Positions 62,484 through 64,000 of a stretch of DNA of 64,000 nucleotides are shown piece after piece. Position 1 is the stretch's first letter; every line of letters begins with the position of its first letter. A model generated the notes under the pieces. The model made no database searches and was not told the origin of the DNA. It was given only the letters and a program-made list of their open reading frames with translations. The stretch comes from an uncultured Chloroflexia bacterium (GTDB taxonomy: Bacteria > Chloroflexota > Limnocylindria > Limnocylindrales > CSP1-4): positions 293,838 through 357,837 of the forward strand of contig CAVZVT010000005.1 in the NCBI GenBank assembly GCA_963778805.1. The letters run 5' to 3'. A program made the position numbers and the translations under genes.

Positions 62484-63581
62484 GTGACGGCGCCTCGGTC
62501 CACCCCGTCCGAGGCCGCCACCGGCGGCGTCCGCGTCGCCGTCGATGCGATGGGTGGCGACCATGGCCCGACCGAGGTCGTGCCGGGGGCCCTGGCATTC
62601 GCGAAGGCCCATCCGGCTGACGCCCTGATCCTCGTCGGGGATGAGGCAATCCTTGGTCCCTTGATCGGGCCGCTGCCCTCGAACGTCTCGATCGCCCATG
62701 CCTCGCAGGTCATCGGCATGGACGAGCATCCGGCGTTGGCCCTTCGCGAGAAGAAGGATTCGTCGATCCTCGTCGCCACCGACCTGGTCCGCCGCGGCGA
62801 GGCGGATGCCGTCGTGACGGCGGGTCACACCGGGGCCGGGATGGCCGCCGCGGTCCTCCGACTTGGTCGACTGCCCGGCGTGGATCGGCCAGCCCTCGCG
62901 GTCCAGATGATCACGGACTCGGGTCCGATGGTCCTGCTCGACATCGGGGCGAACCCTGACTCGACACCGGAGAACCTCGCCCAGTTCGCCCGGATGGGGG
63001 CGATCTTCGCCGAGCAGGTGATGGGCGTGGCATCGCCGCGAGTCGCACTGCTCTCGATCGGCGAGGAGAAGGGCAAGGGCGACGCCCGGATCCAGCGGGC
63101 CACGGAACTGCTGGACGCCTCCGGACTCCGTTTCGAGGGCAACGTCGAAGGCAAGGACCTCACGAAGCACATGGCCGACGTGGTCGTCTGCGACGCGGTC
63201 CTCGGCAATGTGGTGATCAAGTTCTTCGAAGGGCTTTCGAGCTTCATCTTCGACCTGTGGCGGACCGAGTTCAGCCGTGGCGTCCGGGGCAAGGTCGCCT
63301 ACGGGCTGATGCGCCCCGGCGTCGACCGCATCCGCGAGATCTTCGACTACGAGCGGGTCGGCGGGTCGCCGCTCCTGGGCGTGCGCGGCACGGTGATCAT
63401 CACCCACGGTCGCGCGAGTCGGCGGATGGTCGAGTTCGCCTGCGAAGTCGGCGCCACGACGGCTCGAACCCGTGTCCCGCAACGGATCGCCGAAGCCCTC
63501 GCGGCCGTTGCCTCGGGCGGGGCGGCCGTCCCAACCACCACCGAGCCCCCGGCCCCGCCAGCCGACGCGGTCGCGTCGTGA
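62484..63581 (+). CDS. plsX: phosphate acyltransferase PlsX
   Basis: RVAVDAMGGDHGP…. Confidence 0.9.
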   Translation: MTAPRSTPSEAATGGVRVAVDAMGGDHGPTEVVPGALAFAKAHPADALILVGDEAILGPLIGPLPSNVSIAHASQVIGMDEHPALALREKKDSSILVATDLVRRGEADAVVTAGHTGAGMAAAVLRLGRLPGVDRPALAVQMITDSGPMVLLDIGANPDSTPENLAQFARMGAIFAEQVMGVASPRVALLSIGEEKGKGDARIQRATELLDASGLRFEGNVEGKDLTKHMADVVVCDAVLGNVVIKFFEGLSSFIFDLWRTEFSRGVRGKVAYGLMRPGVDRIREIFDYERVGGSPLLGVRGTVIITHGRASRRMVEFACEVGATTARTRVPQRIAEALAAVASGGAAVPTTTEPPAPPADAVAS

Positions 63582-63892
63582 GCGAGCGTGGCCTGACGGT
63601 CGGGACGTCGGTCATCGGCGAACTCGTCCGGCTGGCCGCCTTCGAGGTCCCGGGCGTGGCGCGGGTCGGTCGCGGTGGATCGATCTGGCGACGGGCGCTG
63701 GGTGGCCGCGCCGTCGAGGTCCATCTCGATGGCGAGCGCGTCGACGTTCGGTTGCGGATCGTCGCCCGACCCGGTCAGGCCCTGGGTCCACTCGCGGCCC
63801 AGGTGCGCACGATGGTGTCGGCGACCATCGAGCGACTGCTCGGTCTCGAACTCGGTGAGATCACGGTGGTGGTGGACGGTGTCGGGGGCTGA
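63578..63892 (+). CDS. Asp23/Gls24 family protein
   Basis: The GTG overlaps the plsX stop; …VIGELVRLAAFEVPGVARVG…ITVVVDGV. Confidence 0.7.
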   Translation: MSERGLTVGTSVIGELVRLAAFEVPGVARVGRGGSIWRRALGGRAVEVHLDGERVDVRLRIVARPGQALGPLAAQVRTMVSATIERLLGLELGEITVVVDGVGG

Positions 63893-64000
63893 CCGCGTCC
63901 GGGGACGGCGGACCGGACGACGACTCGCCCTCGCGTCGGTGTTCGAGGCGGACTTCGGACAACGGACCGCGGAGGCGGTGCTGGAGCGCCACCTGGCCGA
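63893..64000 (+). CDS. nusB: transcription antitermination factor NusB, 5' part (start codon unclear)
   Basis: RRLALASVFEADFGQRTAEAVLERHLA matches the NusB N-terminus; it runs off the window end. Confidence 0.45.

Overview
This is a 64-kb window of a very GC-rich (~70%) bacterial chromosome, gene-dense and mostly on the + strand, dominated by housekeeping genes. The lineage looks Gram-positive-type (Terrabacteria). The evidence is the rapZ-yvcK-whiA trio, separate secD and secF genes, tRNAs that encode their own CCA, and TANNNT-type -10 hexamers with short or absent leaders. This is most consistent with Actinomycetota or a related deep lineage, but that is inference. Gene order: an AI-2E transporter (tandem-duplicated form), uvrA, a ~5.9-kb atypical region, uvrC, secD, secF, recJ, a TolB-like protein, pyrF, tatA, tatC, rapZ, yvcK, whiA, tpiA, gpmI, secG, an orphan ABC substrate-binding protein, three tRNAs, an amidohydrolase, lemA with an htpX-like protease, four tRNAs, DoxX, one tRNA, a GNAT acetyltransferase, a pseudo-receiver/CpaE-like ATPase, rpsF-ssb-rpsR, TauE, DUF1634, a Na/Ca exchanger, ilvE, an LCP protein, ileS-lspA-rluD-gmk-priA, def-fmt-rlmN-rpe-dtd, rpmB, asp23 and a DAK2 protein, recG, rsmD, coaD, a coiled-coil protein, yceD, rpmF, plsX, asp23 and the start of nusB. 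I count 8 tRNA genes. I see no canonical CRISPR array with cas genes (the 5480-5822 repeat array is CRISPR-like in spacing only), no IS element, prophage, rRNA or recognisable defence system. Two things stand out. First, many otherwise conserved genes carry single-base frameshifts, clustered at 18.7-26.4 kb; the likeliest explanation is indel errors in the assembly, but true pseudogenes cannot be excluded. Second, the uvrA-to-uvrC interval (5413-11278) is atypical. It holds a palindromic repeat array, a decayed ORF, an ORF with an in-frame TGA, a 31-bp tandem-repeat block and an iteron-like direct-repeat promoter. A putative LexA box lies just upstream of uvrA. The ~105-aa C-terminal extension on rpe and the orphan pseudo-receiver/CpaE-like ATPase next to rpsF are further items worth checking.
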